From Octopus sinensis (lineage: Eukaryota): a stretch of 64,000 bases of DNA. The notes beneath the pieces are model-generated. The model did no database searches. It worked only from the letters and a program-made list of their open reading frames with translations, and was not told the origin of the DNA. A program made the translations under genes and the position numbers. Each line of letters begins with the position of its first letter. Positions within the stretch are counted from its first letter, which is position 1. Of this stretch, positions 1 through 13,378 are shown in pieces. The stretch spans positions 146,816,001-146,880,000 of the forward strand of contig NC_042997.1 in the NCBI RefSeq assembly GCF_006345805.1. The letters are read 5' to 3'.

Positions 1-333
1 CAAGCATGTATATATGTTTGTATGTATGTATGTATGTGTATGTATGTATATATATTTATACAAAATTTAGAGGACTGACCACTAAAATAAATGGACAGCC
101 TATATGCTAGATATAGACGTCAAAAATATGCTAGGCCACTGGTTTTAATTGATTAATATCGATTTCTACCCTTATTTAATTTTACATATATATTCCAAAA
201 TAGAGAGAAAGAAAAATGCATGCTTTTTCGTTCACTATTCAACATGCTTATAACTTGTCGGACAAACGAAAAAAGAGGACTCAACACATTTGTAACTCGC
301 AATATGTGTGCGTGCATGTGTGTGTGTGTGTGT

Positions 334-399
<66 letters not shown>

Positions 400-448
400 G
401 AGATGTTTCAAAGATTTAACAAAAGCACAGCAAATATATATATATATT

Positions 449-888
449 GCTTGGGTTCTGAGTTTATTCCCACTGTGTGGCACCTTAGGCAGGTGTCTTC
501 TACTATAGCCTCGGGGTGATCAAAGCCTTTTGAGTGGATTTGGTAGACGGAAGCGGAAAGAAGCCATCGTATATGTATATATATAATATATATATATATT
601 ATATCTATATATATATATATATATACGATGGCTTTTTTTTTGTGTGTGTTGTGTGCGCGCGCGTGTTTGTGTATGTTTGTGTGTCTGGTGTTGTCCCCAC
701 CAGCATCGCTTGACAACCGATGTTGGTATGGTTATACGTCCCCGTAACTTAGCGGTTCGGCAAAAGAGACCGATAGAATAAGTACTAGGCTTACAACGAA
801 TGTGTCCTGGGGTCGATTTGTTCGATTAAATGCGGTGTTCCATCATGGCCGCAGTCAAATGACTGAAAACACAAAAAGAATAAAAGAA
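449..888 (+). mobile_element. SINE-A (tRNA-derived, internal TA/TG microsatellite)
   Basis: gggttc..cccactg..caccttaggcaggtgtcttctactatagcc body; cagtcaaatgactgaa tail; many copies in the window. Confidence 0.85.
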
Positions 889-1105
889 TATATATATGTA
901 TATGATATATATGTATGTATATATATGTATATATATATATATATATATATCTATATATATTATACTATATATAAATATACAACAATATTATATATATATA
1001 TCATGTTATATATATACAATATATATATACACATATATACATATATATATATACATATATATATATACATATATATATAACGTATTTATACATATATATA
1101 TATAC

Positions 1106-1136
<31 letters not shown>

Positions 1137-1214
1137 CATATATACATTATATAACATACATATATATACATACATACATATATACATATATATACATACA
1201 TTATATATACATAC

Positions 1215-1246
<32 letters not shown>

Positions 1247-1284
1247 TAATACATCATACTACATATATATATTATATATATATA

Positions 1285-1329
<45 letters not shown>

Positions 1330-1339
1330 ATACATCTCT

Positions 1340-1940
1340 ACACACAACCCACTCAACAATGAGGCCTTCAACACCATACTACAAAGCACAGCCCTACTAA
1401 AGGGAGACCCAAAGATGAACCGGATCCTCGAACACACACCATCATTAAAATTTAAACGGCAACCAAAATCCTTGAAAAGGATTTTAACCCAAGCTACACT
1501 GCACTCAACTCAACCACAAAACCAGCAGTTAGAAAATGTGGAAGGCCCAACTGCGGAATCTGTGTCATCTTGAAAGAAGGATCAGAATTTATACTGGAAC
1601 AAGGCCACCAGTTCACCATTAGAACAAACTTCACCTGCGCATCAGAAAACTTAATTTACGTCATAACATGCGCAGGCTGCAATAGGCAGTATATAGGCCA
1701 TACAAAATAGCTTACGTAACAGGATGGCGGTGCATAAATCACAAATTAGAAACCCTGATTACCGCAAAATACCGGTCAGCGGACACATAGATAGATGTGC
1801 TGGAAATGTAAATCCGAAATTTACAACTAACCCGCTCTATAAATTCATGACAACGCAACCTTTACACAACGCCAAAATAAAGAACTATATTCATAAAAAA
1901 ATTTAGACCAAGTTTAACACCCTGGGCCAGGAATACTAAA
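1340..1940 (+). pseudogene. Penelope-like element C-terminus with GIY-YIG endonuclease (frameshifted)
   Basis: From 1531: RKCGRPNCGIC...TCASENLIYVITCAGCNRQYIGHTK, then a frameshift into SLRNRMAVHKSQIRNPDYRKIPVSGHIDRC; LIY...YIG plus the Cys/His motifs typical of PLE GIY-YIG. Confidence 0.85.
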
Positions 1941-2099
1941 ACAAAAGATAAGTCCTCCGAAAGGGAGAAGCGGGTTCCACCACGGCCGCGCTTCAAACAG
2001 ACACTCACTCTGACGGAAATATGCCTTAGTAAAAAAGGAAAAAATTCTTTCGTGCAAATCTGACCCTGATACATACGATGCAGCTACGGGTCAGACCCG

Positions 2100-2640
2100 A
2101 TTCTGATTGGTCAACAAGTGATGACGTCTAGCTCTGCTAGAATGGACAGGATACACAGGGGACAGTCATTAGTCAGAATATTGATGACGTCCTTTTCTGC
2201 TTGAATAGTCACCTAACAAGTACAGGACAGGGGGCAGATCTAATGTAGCTATAAGTCGTGATTGGGCATAATCTGGATGACGTCCGCTCTGCTTGACTAA
2301 CGAAGCGACTGTCAAACAGGAAACAAACAAGAGGCAGATATAATGCAGCGATTGGTCAAAATAATGATGACGTCCCGTTCTACTTGACTAACGAAGCGAC
2401 TGTCAAAACAGGAAACAAACAAGAGGGAGTTATAATGCAGCGATTGGTCAAAATAATGATGACGTCCCGTTCTACTTGATTAAGCAACCTAACGAAACGA
2501 TGGTCAAAACATTGATGACGTCACGCTACCTAGATTGACCACCTAACAGGCATTATAAAACGAGCATTTCACAAAAACTCACTAGAAACCACCCAGCGAA
2601 CTTCCACCATGGGTCATCACAATTGCTTAAGGTAAAAATG
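2100..2640 (+). promoter_or_regulatory. Putative PLE pseudo-LTR promoter: six ATTGG-N11-12-TGACGTC modules, TATA, ATG, splice donor
   Basis: TGACGTC at 2122, 2185, 2278, 2368, 2460 and 2516 (last is a perfect TGACGTCA), each preceded by ATTGG or a variant; TATAAAA 2554; ccaccATGg 2609; AG/GTAAAA donor 2632. Confidence 0.55.
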
Positions 2641-2894
2641 AATTCCTCGCTCTTTCGGAAACATCAATCTTCTGTATTGACCGCTTTCCACCACTTTGAT
2701 CTGTTTTTGTATTGAATACGTATCGCCACCGTGGGCCACTGCATCGAACACTTTGAACATATACTTCAAACTATATATCAACTATCATGACTATATATCA
2801 ACTATACATGAACTCTAGATGTCTGACTCCGTTGTGTATTATAAATGAATTTTCTTGTGTTTGACGGCATGAGCTGTCTTTTTTTATATATAAC

Positions 2895-2937
2895 TTTTTT
2901 GATAAGGTTCATTTCAGGAACTGAAACATGTTATAAT
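2895..2937 (+). ncRNA. Degenerate hammerhead-like motif in the PLE tail
   Basis: TTGATAA-ggttc..gaac-t-GAAAC-ATGT-T; palindromic ACATGT stem III, but two core substitutions and a poor stem I. Confidence 0.3.
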
Positions 2938-3578
2938 GTATATATAAAAATTAAAAATTGTATAATACAGCAGCATTTTCGAACTTCATTTTTACAAATA
3001 TATATATATATATATAATATATATTATATATATTAATATATATATATATTATATATAATTTCAATGGAGGCAATACCAGCAGAAAACTATGAGCTATTAT
3101 CCAATAGAATATTCAATATATATGTGTACTTTCTTTGGACATTAATCAATCAATATAAAGTTCCAGATAATACAGTTTTAAAACATACAAATATATAAAC
3201 ATATATATATTTAATTTTTAATAATACGCAAATATTTAAAAATATTTAAAAATACGTTGGCATTATAAATATATGAATACATACATAGATATACAAATAG
3301 ATATAAAAATAGATATAAAACGTCGATATATAATATAGTATAAAAACTCGTAGGTATTTAAAAATATTCAACAATGCTCATATATATAAGTACACAGGCA
3401 AAATATAAAATATCAACATAATATAAGACTTATTGAATTAATAATTCACACGATAATAATTAATTCACACGACAAGATACAAGGTAATAAAGATTCACAA
3501 GTAACAACATGGAGCCCAGTGGAAAATTTGAGATTATACAACATTAACAGGACATACTAATACACGAAGATAATATTC

Positions 3579-3664
3579 CATCGACGGGCCGTTTCGGAGA
3601 CGTGTCCGATAATATGATATAAATTTCATATTTTAAGGAAATAGACATTACCCTCATCAGGATG
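3579..3664 (-). ncRNA. Type-I hammerhead ribozyme
   Basis: catc-CTGATGA-ggg..tgtc(long loop)gaca..tcc-GAAAC-GGCCC-GTC-gatg; 4-bp stem I, GUC triplet. Confidence 0.6.
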
Positions 3665-4049
3665 CTCCACAACAAGACACAATGATAGCAACATATAAAA
3701 GGATAACTTACTTTGTTACATTCTAGCCAATTTCAAAAGGTCTTATTGATAATTCCCTAATCAATAAAAAAAATAACCATTTTCCTGGAAGTTATGAGGA
3801 AACAAAGTCAGGGAGGAACACTTATATAGGTATGCTCAAACAACAATAACAATCACACACACTCACACAGTCACACACACGCACACACACATACACAAAC
3901 ATTCACAATGACACTCAAACGCATTAACTCACGCATGCATACGTACACCTTACGGAAACATACACCCGTGCACACATAGAAATGACAAGTCTACGCATTG
4001 ACTTGTACATTTTACTCGTGCTACCTCCAGCTTTGAATTTTAAATATGA

Positions 4050-4357
4050 ACAATGAGTTCTATATTTAAGAGATGAGGAATCATGTGCATTATTTACATT
4101 ATTTACATTTGACAGATATTTGTCCTCATCTTGTTTCTTGTTAACACAACGTTTCAGCTGATATACCTTCCAGCCTTCATCAGGTGTCTTGTGGAAATTT
4201 TGAACCTGGGTTCTCATTCCTAAGGTATTTTTCGATGGTGTTGCTGTTGTTGTTGTTATTATTATTATTATTCAGATCAATGCCTGGAATCGAACTTGGA
4301 ATTTTGGGGTTAGTAACCTACTAACCCCAAGATTCCGAGTTCGATTCCAGGCAGTGA

Positions 4358-4362
<5 letters not shown>
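4050..4362 (-). mobile_element. SINE-C (tRNA head, (AAT)n, hammerhead module), 5' end folded back
   Basis: Homologous to 17946-18326 and 49320-49592; hammerhead gacac-CTGATGA-aggctg..cagct-GAAACGTT-gtgtt at 4143-4188; head inverted at 4271-4315 / 4319-4363. Confidence 0.8.
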
Positions 4363-4434
<72 letters not shown>

Positions 4435-4464
4435 TAATAATGATGATAATAATGATAATAATAG

Positions 4465-5121
4465 CAAAGTGACTGGCAAGTTTATACCTATATAGGTAAA
4501 ATATACAAGCAAAATTTAGTAGCGTATTAGAATACCACTTGCTATAACAGAGCTATCGCTCTAAAATCACAAATTTCGCCCTATTAAAATACACACAGCA
4601 AATGCAACGAATATAACAGAAATAGGCTTACCTTCTATGAACTACAGAAGTAAGGAATACAGACAGTCCGGGATCAATTGATTTCACTTTTCGTATGAAT
4701 ATATACTTAAAGCTCTCTCAGCCAGATTTACTGTAAATCATCTATTTTTGAAATATTCATCCCATTACACTGTGTGCGTTTTTACATTTGAATGCCCCCC
4801 GCCACATTCAAAAACCAATATACCGTGACGAATATTTCAAAAATAGATGATTTAAACTAAGCCTGGCTGAAGAGCTTTAAGTATATTCATGCAAAAAGCG
4901 AAATCAATTGATCCCGGACTGTCTGTATTCCTTACTTCTGTAGTTCATAGAAGGTAAGCCTATTTCTGTTATACTCGTTGCATTCGGCGTGTGTATATTA
5001 ATAGTGAGAAATTTATGGTTTTAGAGCGATAACTCTGTTTAAAGCAAGTGGTATTCTAATACTCTACTGAATTTTGTTTGTATATTTTACCTATATAGGT
5101 ATAAACTTGCTAGCCACTTTA
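4465..5121. repeat. ~300-bp-arm inverted repeat with a hammerhead in each arm
   Basis: 4465-4765 is the diverged reverse complement of 4828-5121; both outer ends abut (TAA)/(ATC) tracts. Confidence 0.85.
4863..4917 (+). ncRNA. Type-I hammerhead ribozyme, canonical core
   Basis: ctgg-CTGAAGA-gctt..aagc-GAAA-TCAATTG-ATC-ccgg; palindromic ATCAATTGAT stem III; predicted cut after C4913. The partner at 4668-4725 (-) has a 1-nt core insertion (CTGAGAGA). Confidence 0.8.
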
Positions 5122-5209
5122 TAATTATCATAATTATTATCATCATCATTATTATTATCATTATTATTATCATCATCATTATTATTATCATTATTATTAT
5201 TGTATGAGA

Positions 5210-5760
5210 GAGAGGCATTCATGCCATCAAAGTGACACTGGGGTAAATATACGAAGCCCAATATACCCATCATGACTACCCCCGTCTGATAAGGGTACAC
5301 CAGGACATGCATCACACATATGTGCGCGACATGGTGATCTCATATCAAGATAAACAGCACATGACCTTGCAGGTGGGGCCCGTTAGAATTTTCTTCTTCA
5401 GGTTGAGTAGACCATCCTGCTCAAAGGTTCCTGAATAAGGGTTGTTTAAGGTTGTTGAAAGAACTACCCATGTTTCCAGAGGTGAATTATTCAAACCCCA
5501 AGATCCCTCTCAACACATGGCTATGATGCTCCCCCACCCTACTTCTGCTCGTGATCAGAGATGCACATATCGTCAGCCACTAAGGACATGCTCAACTGGT
5601 TAAGGTCAAACAACTGACAAGCAAATCTGTGGTATTGAGCAGATATTTGCTGTAGCCCATCTTTATACCAAGACAAAACAAAGTACATGATAACACTTCC
5701 AATCAGTTAAGATCAGAAGTAGCCAATGAGAGCCACTGCCTGGTACTGCATCAGGCATCT
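5210..5760 (-). mobile_element. ~550-bp non-coding element embedded in a (TAA)n tract (possible Dong/R4-type 3' UTR)
   Basis: Higher-complexity, higher-GC block bounded on both sides by (ATT/ATC)n; the minus strand ends ...ctcatacaataataat. Confidence 0.45.
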
Positions 5761-5889
5761 TACTGCATCAAGGCTTTATTATATTATTATTATTATTATT
5801 ATTATTATATTATATTATCATTATCATCATCCATCATCATCAGCATCATCATCATCATCCATCATCTTATTATTATTATATTATTATTA

Positions 5890-5931
<42 letters not shown>

Positions 5932-6241
5932 GTTGTTATCATCATCATCATTATTAATGGTTATTTAATTTTATATTGCACTGGTGGCTCACGTTATGCA
6001 AATCTAACGGAGACCTCAAAGAACATTTTAAGATCCATAATGATCAGAACTTAACTGCAGCTCTTGCTGGTCCAAAGCAGATATGCAATTTATGTGGATG
6101 TCTTTACAAAACATTGTCTGGTTCAAAATTCACATCAGATGCCATGGTAAATCTAAGGTGTAAATACAAGAGGTATCTGACTCTACATATGGAGTACGCA
6201 ATCACCACACACACACAAACACACACCACACACACAACACA

Positions 6242-6304
<63 letters not shown>

Positions 6305-6569
6305 TAATATAAAATAAATACACACACATAAATCATATAGAGAATATTGTATATATAAATATGTACATAAATCTCTCTCTTTCTGTGTGTATATATAATA
6401 CAATATATAATATATATATATATACATATATATATATACTATATATTATATATATATATATACATATATATATATCATATATATATAATACATAATATAT
6501 ATTATATATATATAATATACATATTATATATACACATATATATATATATATATATACATATATATATAC

Positions 6570-6644
<75 letters not shown>

Positions 6645-6679
6645 TATATAATAACATATATATATATATATATATATAT

Positions 6680-6715
<36 letters not shown>

Positions 6716-6739
6716 ATATATATATATATTATATATATA

Positions 6740-6790
<51 letters not shown>

Positions 6791-6794
<4 letters not shown>

Positions 6795-6960
6795 GAAATT
6801 TACAGAAAAACAAAAGACGAAGACAGGTGTATAAACAACAAACAGGTGTATTAGTTTGATGCTCGGGAAGGTGAGAAAATCTTTTACGTTTCGAGCCTAC
6901 GCACTTCAACAGAAGGGAACACGAGGAAATATGCAGAGAGAATTAAAAAACTTTTGGAGT
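6791..6960 (-). mobile_element. Short repeat with a hammerhead-like fold (core variant CTGTTGA), ending in (TA)n
   Basis: cctt-CTGTTGA-agtgcgtaggctc-GAAAC-GTA-aaag at 6881-6916; A6 is substituted. Confidence 0.45.
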
Positions 6961-7426
6961 TAGCGGTCAATCATGGTGACTGGCTGGTAGTAAAGGTAGA
7001 GGAGGAAAGATTTGTAATCGGGCATGTTTAAAAAAGGAGAGAAAAAGGGGAGAGAGAAAAGCAAAGTAATGACGTACGGAGTATAAAAGCTCAAAAAATT
7101 CAAAAGGCGTGAGGACTAAAAAATTCAAAAGGCAGGAGGAAAAGAAAAATATAAAAAAGAAGAGAAGGAAGAAAAAAAAGAAGAAACGGAGAATAAGAGA
7201 GAAGAAAAGAGGAAGAGAAGACGAAAAGGAAAAGAAGGTGAGAGAGAGAGAGGCAAAGTAACAACGTACAGATTAAGAGAAAACAGAGTAAGAAGAAACA
7301 GAATAGGAAAAAAACAACACACATACAGAAAGAGAGAGAAATTTATATACATATTTATATATTTACATATGTATTTAATATGATTATATGTATCTGTGTA
7401 TGTATGTATTTATATATATCTATCTA

Positions 7427-7483
<57 letters not shown>

Positions 7484-7639
7484 ATATATATTCATATATA
7501 CATGTATGTATATATATATATTTATTACACTTTTTATAAAATATATGTATATACATACAAACACATATATATGCATATATATATATATATATATTATATT
7601 ATATATTATATATATTTATAGATATAGATACATACTACA

Positions 7640-7644
7640 TACAT

Positions 7645-7677
<33 letters not shown>

Positions 7678-7699
7678 GATAGATAGATAGGTAGGTAGG

Positions 7700-7778
<79 letters not shown>
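7640..7778. repeat. (GACA)n/(GATA)n microsatellite
   Basis: Direct reading. Confidence 0.95.
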
Positions 7779-8654
7779 CTCATAATCCACAATGAAATGT
7801 CTTAAAAGGAAAACAAGAATGGACTACAATTATTTGTGTATTTGCACGCATGCGTGTGTACGTATATGTATGTATGAATGCATGTTTACGTGAATAATGA
7901 TTGCTGCTTCTTTTCAGACTGTTACCATCTCTTCAAAAGTCATCAATAATTTGCCGGGCTTGACATGTAAATGGTTCTTAAGCCCGACTCCAGAGCGGCA
8001 TGTTTCTTTTTGTTTTGTTTTTTAGTTTTTTATTTTTGTTGGTTTTTTTTTTTTTACAAATATGACACTAGAAACGAATATTGTATCCCTGATTATGTCG
8101 AGGATAAGAACAACAGAGTCTAGTCAGATCACCTTGAGATCGATAAATTTTCCCATAGATATGGTATAGTTATCTGGCCTCAGATACATACATACATACA
8201 TATATGTATATGTATATAGTTGACAGTCAACCTATTACGAAATAAATGCTTTACTCTATTTCATGAGTTGAGTGTTTTGTTTTGCTAATTTTTTCTTTAG
8301 TTGAGCACTCATAAGATAGATACATGCATACATACAGTGTGGGGGGGGTGCCTACAAAAGCAGTACCGCTGTTCAATACAAAGCCGGTGTTGTATGACAC
8401 AATCCATAAATTATATATCGATAAAGTACGATAAGAACAGATCGATGAATTAGGTACAGTAATATATATATCGATAAATTATGTACGATAAAATTTAAAT
8501 TGATAATTTAAATAAGAGATTGATATAAGCAGTGGGTTCTCTAAGATCGACTAAAATTTCCTTGAAGGCATATTTATATTCATTATACAATTAAATAGCT
8601 ATTTTAAATTTTGGCACAAGGTTACAGTTTTAGTGGGTGTGTATAGGTCGATCA

Positions 8655-9605
8655 TATCGACCCCAGTGCTCAATTAGTACTTAGTGCATCGCTCCCGGAT
8701 GGATGAAAGGCAAAGTCGATCTCAACAAAATTTGAACTCAGAACGTAAAGAGCGGGAAGAAATGCTGCTAAGCATTTTTTTTTACACTCTAAGAATTCTC
8801 CCTGTTCGCCACCTTTAAATAATCCTTTTTACTATAGGCACAAGACCTGGAATTTGTGGGGAAGAGGCGAGTCAGTTACAGTATTCAAGTGGTACTTATT
8901 AAAATAAGTGACCCCAAAGAGGGATGAAAGACAAGTTTGACCTCAGCGGGATTTGAACTCAGAACGTAAAGACGGACGAAGAGCCACTATGCATTTTACC
9001 CGGCATGCTAACGATTCTGCCAGCTTATGCCTATTTTATAGAATTAAATAGTAATATAATATAGATTATTTACTATAAAACAAATTAAATTAAAAATATT
9101 AAATAAACTTGGAATTTTATTCATTCATTTTTGGTGAAATTTTGAAGTTTTTTGTTAAGGGAAATATAAAATAACCTTTATTTACTGTTGCTAAAATATA
9201 TAATTTATTTATTTATTACCCACAAGGGGAGAAATAAGGACAGACAAAGGGATTAGGTCGATTACATCGACCTCAGTGCATAAATGATACTTATTTAATC
9301 GACCCCGAAAGGATGAAAGGCAAAGTCGACCTCAGCGGAATTTGAACTCAGAACGTAGCGGCAGACGAAATACCTATTTCTTTACTACCCAAAAGGGGCT
9401 AAACACAGAGAGGACAAACAAGGACAGACAAACGGATTAAGATGATAATATCGACGCCAGTGCGTAACTGGTACTTATTTAATCGACCCCGAAAGGATGA
9501 AAGGCAAAGTCGACCTCGGCGCAATTTGAACTCAGAACATAGCGGCAGGTGAAATACCGCTAAGCATTTCGCCCAGCATGCTAACGATTCTGCCAGCTCG
9601 CCGCT
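8655..9605 (-). mobile_element. Cluster of four SINE-B copies
   Basis: Repeated gaccccgaaaggatgaaaggcaaagtcgacctc..tttgaactcagaacgta..gctaacgattctgccagc at ~8655, 8870, 9232 and 9405. Confidence 0.85.
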
Positions 9606-10753
9606 TTTGTATAGAGTTAAATAGTAATATGAAATAAATTATTTACTATAACAAAAATTAAATTTAAGATATCAAATAAACTTGGAGTTCTATTCATTCA
9701 CTTTTGATTAAATTTTGAAGTTTTTGTTAAGGGAAATATGAAATAACCGTTACTTACTGTTGCTAAAAAATATAATATATTATCGGTTTAGTCCTCACAA
9801 AATTTCCTTCCTGGCTCTTCTGTTCTTAGATAAAGAAGAATTTTTTTCTTTTTTTATTTTTGCTTTTGTGGTTTGGGCTTTTTTTTTAACGTTTTTCCAA
9901 TTTTTGAAGCAAAGACATCTCAACACAAAAACAGCTGGGTACATTCTTGATATGTGTTGCTTTTTGTTGTTGTTATTGTTGCTGTTGCTATTGCTGTTGT
10001 TGTTATTGTTGCTGTTGCTATTGCTGTTGTTGTTGTTGTTGTTTAACTCCAATCAGCCCTGACCGAATAGCCCCGCCATTGGAGATGTGTTCGTGTTCAT
10101 CTTTTCCTCTCAGACTATTGCATTTAGGATAGACTTATCCAAAACGACTTTTATCTCCCTTCTTAAACTGTTGGGCGTGATTTGAGATAAATTGGTTTAC
10201 TACTTTTAGCAGGTCTAACAACCACATAAACCCTCCTTCTCACTCTCTTTTTCTCTCTCTCTCTCTCTTTCTTGTAGTAGCCTCCTTCGCCACATTCTAG
10301 TTAACTAGGTTTTTACTTCATAAATACAATCTCAGATTTAGCTTAGAGTCAGCTAAAGTAAAATCAACAAACCCATTCAGCTTAACTGAAAATAGAACTG
10401 CCTTAAGTGTTTCAGATCTTAAAAATAAAAGATAAAAAAAAGCAACGAGGTAAATCCGTGAGGTGAAAAATGTGCCTAGTTAGAGGTGAGAAACGCCTTC
10501 AGATTTCTATGTGTGAGTGTATGTGTGTGTATACATACATACATACATATATACATACATACATACATAACTATATATATATATATTACATACAATATAA
10601 CATATATATATCTATTATATATATTATATATATATATATATATATACATACATATATATGTGTGTGTATGTGTATATATATATATTATATATATATACAC
10701 TATATCATATAATATATAATATTTTATATACATATATATATATATTATTATTT

Positions 10754-10797
<44 letters not shown>

Positions 10798-10965
10798 TTT
10801 ATATACATATATATTTATATACATATATATTTATATACATATATATATATATAATTATATCATATTTTATATACATAGATATCTATATATATATATATAC
10901 ATATTTATATAATTAATACATATATTTATATACATATATAGATATATATATATAATATATATATA

Positions 10966-11006
<41 letters not shown>

Positions 11007-11284
11007 TTTATATACCTATATATATATATATATTATATTATATATATATCGATATATTATATCTATATATATATATATATATATATACATACATACAGAT
11101 ATACATATATACATAAATACTCTCCGACTGGGGTTGTACCTTCATGCCCAGTCAGATTCAGTGCCATGATGATTATCCAATATAGGAGATTGACACAATG
11201 CACACGTTTGTACTTTTCTTTTGGATTTTCAGAAAAGCTGTGTAATGCAACATTTGCTTCTATTATTATCCTAATGCGCCGGAC

Positions 11285-11945
11285 AAACTGCTGAGCGGCA
11301 TTTTGTCCGTCTTTACGTTCTGAGTTCAAATTCCGCCGAAGCCGACTTTGCCTTTCATACTTTCGGGGTCGATAAATTAAATACCAGTGAAGCACTGGGG
11401 TTGATGTAATCGACTAGTTTCCTCCCCAAAATTTCAGGCCTTGAGCCTATAATAGATAGGATTATTATTATTATTATCGTTTTATGTATTATTTTATTAC
11501 ATGACGAAGTTAAACTTAAGTCGTGCGGCTGATTAAAGGAATATAGACATGTCGACATAAAACAAACAAATGGGATATTTTGTTGAGAATACGGCTTTGG
11601 TCACGATCCTGAGAAGGAAGGTTTTTTAGCGAAAAGAACCCATATATTATAAAAACCAAGTCCATGAATATTTTAATACGTTTTTTCCTTAATGACATTT
11701 AGATTCCACGGGGTATTCATTGAGTCCCAGTATGAATAAACGTGTAGGGCAGCGCGTTGGCAGAATCGTTAGCACGCCGGGCGAAATGCTTGGCGGTATT
11801 TCGTCCGCCGTTGCCTTTTATCCTTTCTGGGTCAATAAATTAAGTACCAGTTACGTACTGGCGTTGATGTAATCGACTTAATCCCTTTGTCTACCCTTAT
11901 TTGTCCCCCTCAGTGTTTAGCCCCCTGTGAGCAATAAAGAAATAA
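11285..11945 (+). mobile_element. Two SINE-B copies (11285-11460, 11745-11945)
   Basis: ggcagaatcgttagcacgccgggcgaaatgct head; gagttcaaattccgccg B-box-like motif in the first copy. Confidence 0.85.
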
Positions 11946-11952
11946 ATATGAA

Positions 11953-11991
<39 letters not shown>

Positions 11992-11994
<3 letters not shown>

Positions 11995-12358
11995 TGGCTC
12001 TGTGGTAAGAAACCAGCCTCCCCAACCACATAGTGGCATCTTGGGTAACTGTCTTCTATTATAGCCTTGTGAGTGGACTTGGTAGACGGAAACTGAAAGA
12101 AGACTGTCGTGTATATATGTATATATATGTATGTGTCTGTGCTTTTCTGTCTGTGTTTGTCCCCACCCCCACGACCGCTTGACAACTGATGATGGTGTGT
12201 TTATGTCCCCGAAACTTAGAAGTTCGGTAAATAGAGACCGATAGAACAAGTACTAGGCTTCCAAAGAATAAGTCATGTGATCGATTTGTTTGACTAAAGG
12301 CGGTGCTCCAGCATGGCCGCATTCAAATGACAGAAACGTGTAAAAGAGTAAAATAGAA
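11992..12358 (+). mobile_element. SINE-A
   Basis: Same family consensus, with head gcgtggctctgtggtaag. Confidence 0.85.
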
Positions 12359-12364
12359 TATATA

Positions 12365-12597
12365 TACAGTAATCCCTCGACTATCGCGGGTGTTACGTTC
12401 CAAAATCTCCGCGATAGGTGAAAATCCGCGAAGTAGAAACAGTACTGTACTGTACATTTTTAAAATTATTTTTATGATTTGTATATATTTATTTTATTAT
12501 AAATACAAAACAACACCATGGAGGAATCGACATAAGCTTAAATAATAAACCGCGATAGGTGAACTGCGATAGGTGAACCGCAATAAGGCGAGGGATA

Positions 12598-12602
<5 letters not shown>
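12365..12602. mobile_element. Tigger/pogo-type MITE
   Basis: TA-cagtaatccctcgactatcgcgg ... ccgcaataaggcgagggatactg-TA terminal inverted repeats. Confidence 0.8.
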
Positions 12603-12640
<38 letters not shown>

Positions 12641-12643
<3 letters not shown>

Positions 12644-12830
12644 GAAGGGGTGTTGAAAAGTTCTTCGCCTTTGGGTAAAAGAAAGCAGCGGATGATTTAT
12701 TCAATGTATTCCCCTCTCAGATTCACAATTTATTGCTGCGGTCCTTTAGTTTTTCTAAGACCTGTAAAAGAACTCGTAAGGTAAGCCTTACAGCTAGGCC
12801 TTAAAGCCATGAATTTTCCAGCACACCCTC

Positions 12831-12834
<4 letters not shown>
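12641..12834. mobile_element. Mariner-type MITE
   Basis: cacgaaggggtgttgaaaagttc ... gaattttccagcacaccctcgta imperfect TIRs of mariner type. Confidence 0.75.
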
Positions 12835-12871
<37 letters not shown>

Positions 12872-13026
12872 TGTGTGTATATATATATAAATATATACAC
12901 ACACACACACGAACACACACACGCTTTTATCCTCTTCTTGTATTCTTTTGCTATTTTCATCTCTCGAGCTGAGGCCATGCTGGGGCTCCACTGTTAGTTT
13001 TGCTACACATTTTTTAAAACCTCCTC

Positions 13027-13290
13027 TCATATTTGGTGAATGAAACAGTTGGATGGTGCCACCTTCATTTGCGTTTCCTGCTGCGAGGTAGGCTCATCCG
13101 AAACCCTTGACAAAAGGAGATCCATTTTTGTGTTGAAGACACTTACATCCACCACATGTAGGTCTCTTAGGTTTTTAGGAAGGATATTCAAAAGCTGTGA
13201 GCCCTTGAAATGCAAGCTGTTGCAGTATCTGGTCCTGTATCGTGATTGAAGAGGTAGAAAATTGAAGTATTTCTCATATAACACTCAGTC
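13027..13290 (-). mobile_element. CR1-type LINE C-terminal fragment
   Basis: RTRYCNSLHFKGSQLLNILPKNLR..VFNTKMDLLLSRVSDEP resembles the C-terminus of the 28-29 kb LINE. Confidence 0.65.
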
Positions 13291-13378
13291 CATGATCAAG
13301 GTTATATACAGTCTTAAATTGATGTTTTAAGGAAGACCGACATTATGCTAATGTAGAAAACCTAGACAATCAGAAAAG

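Noticed and set aside
8930-9790. Diverged tandem duplication of SINE-B plus AT-rich flank
   Set aside because: Ordinary old local duplication with no coding or structural signal.
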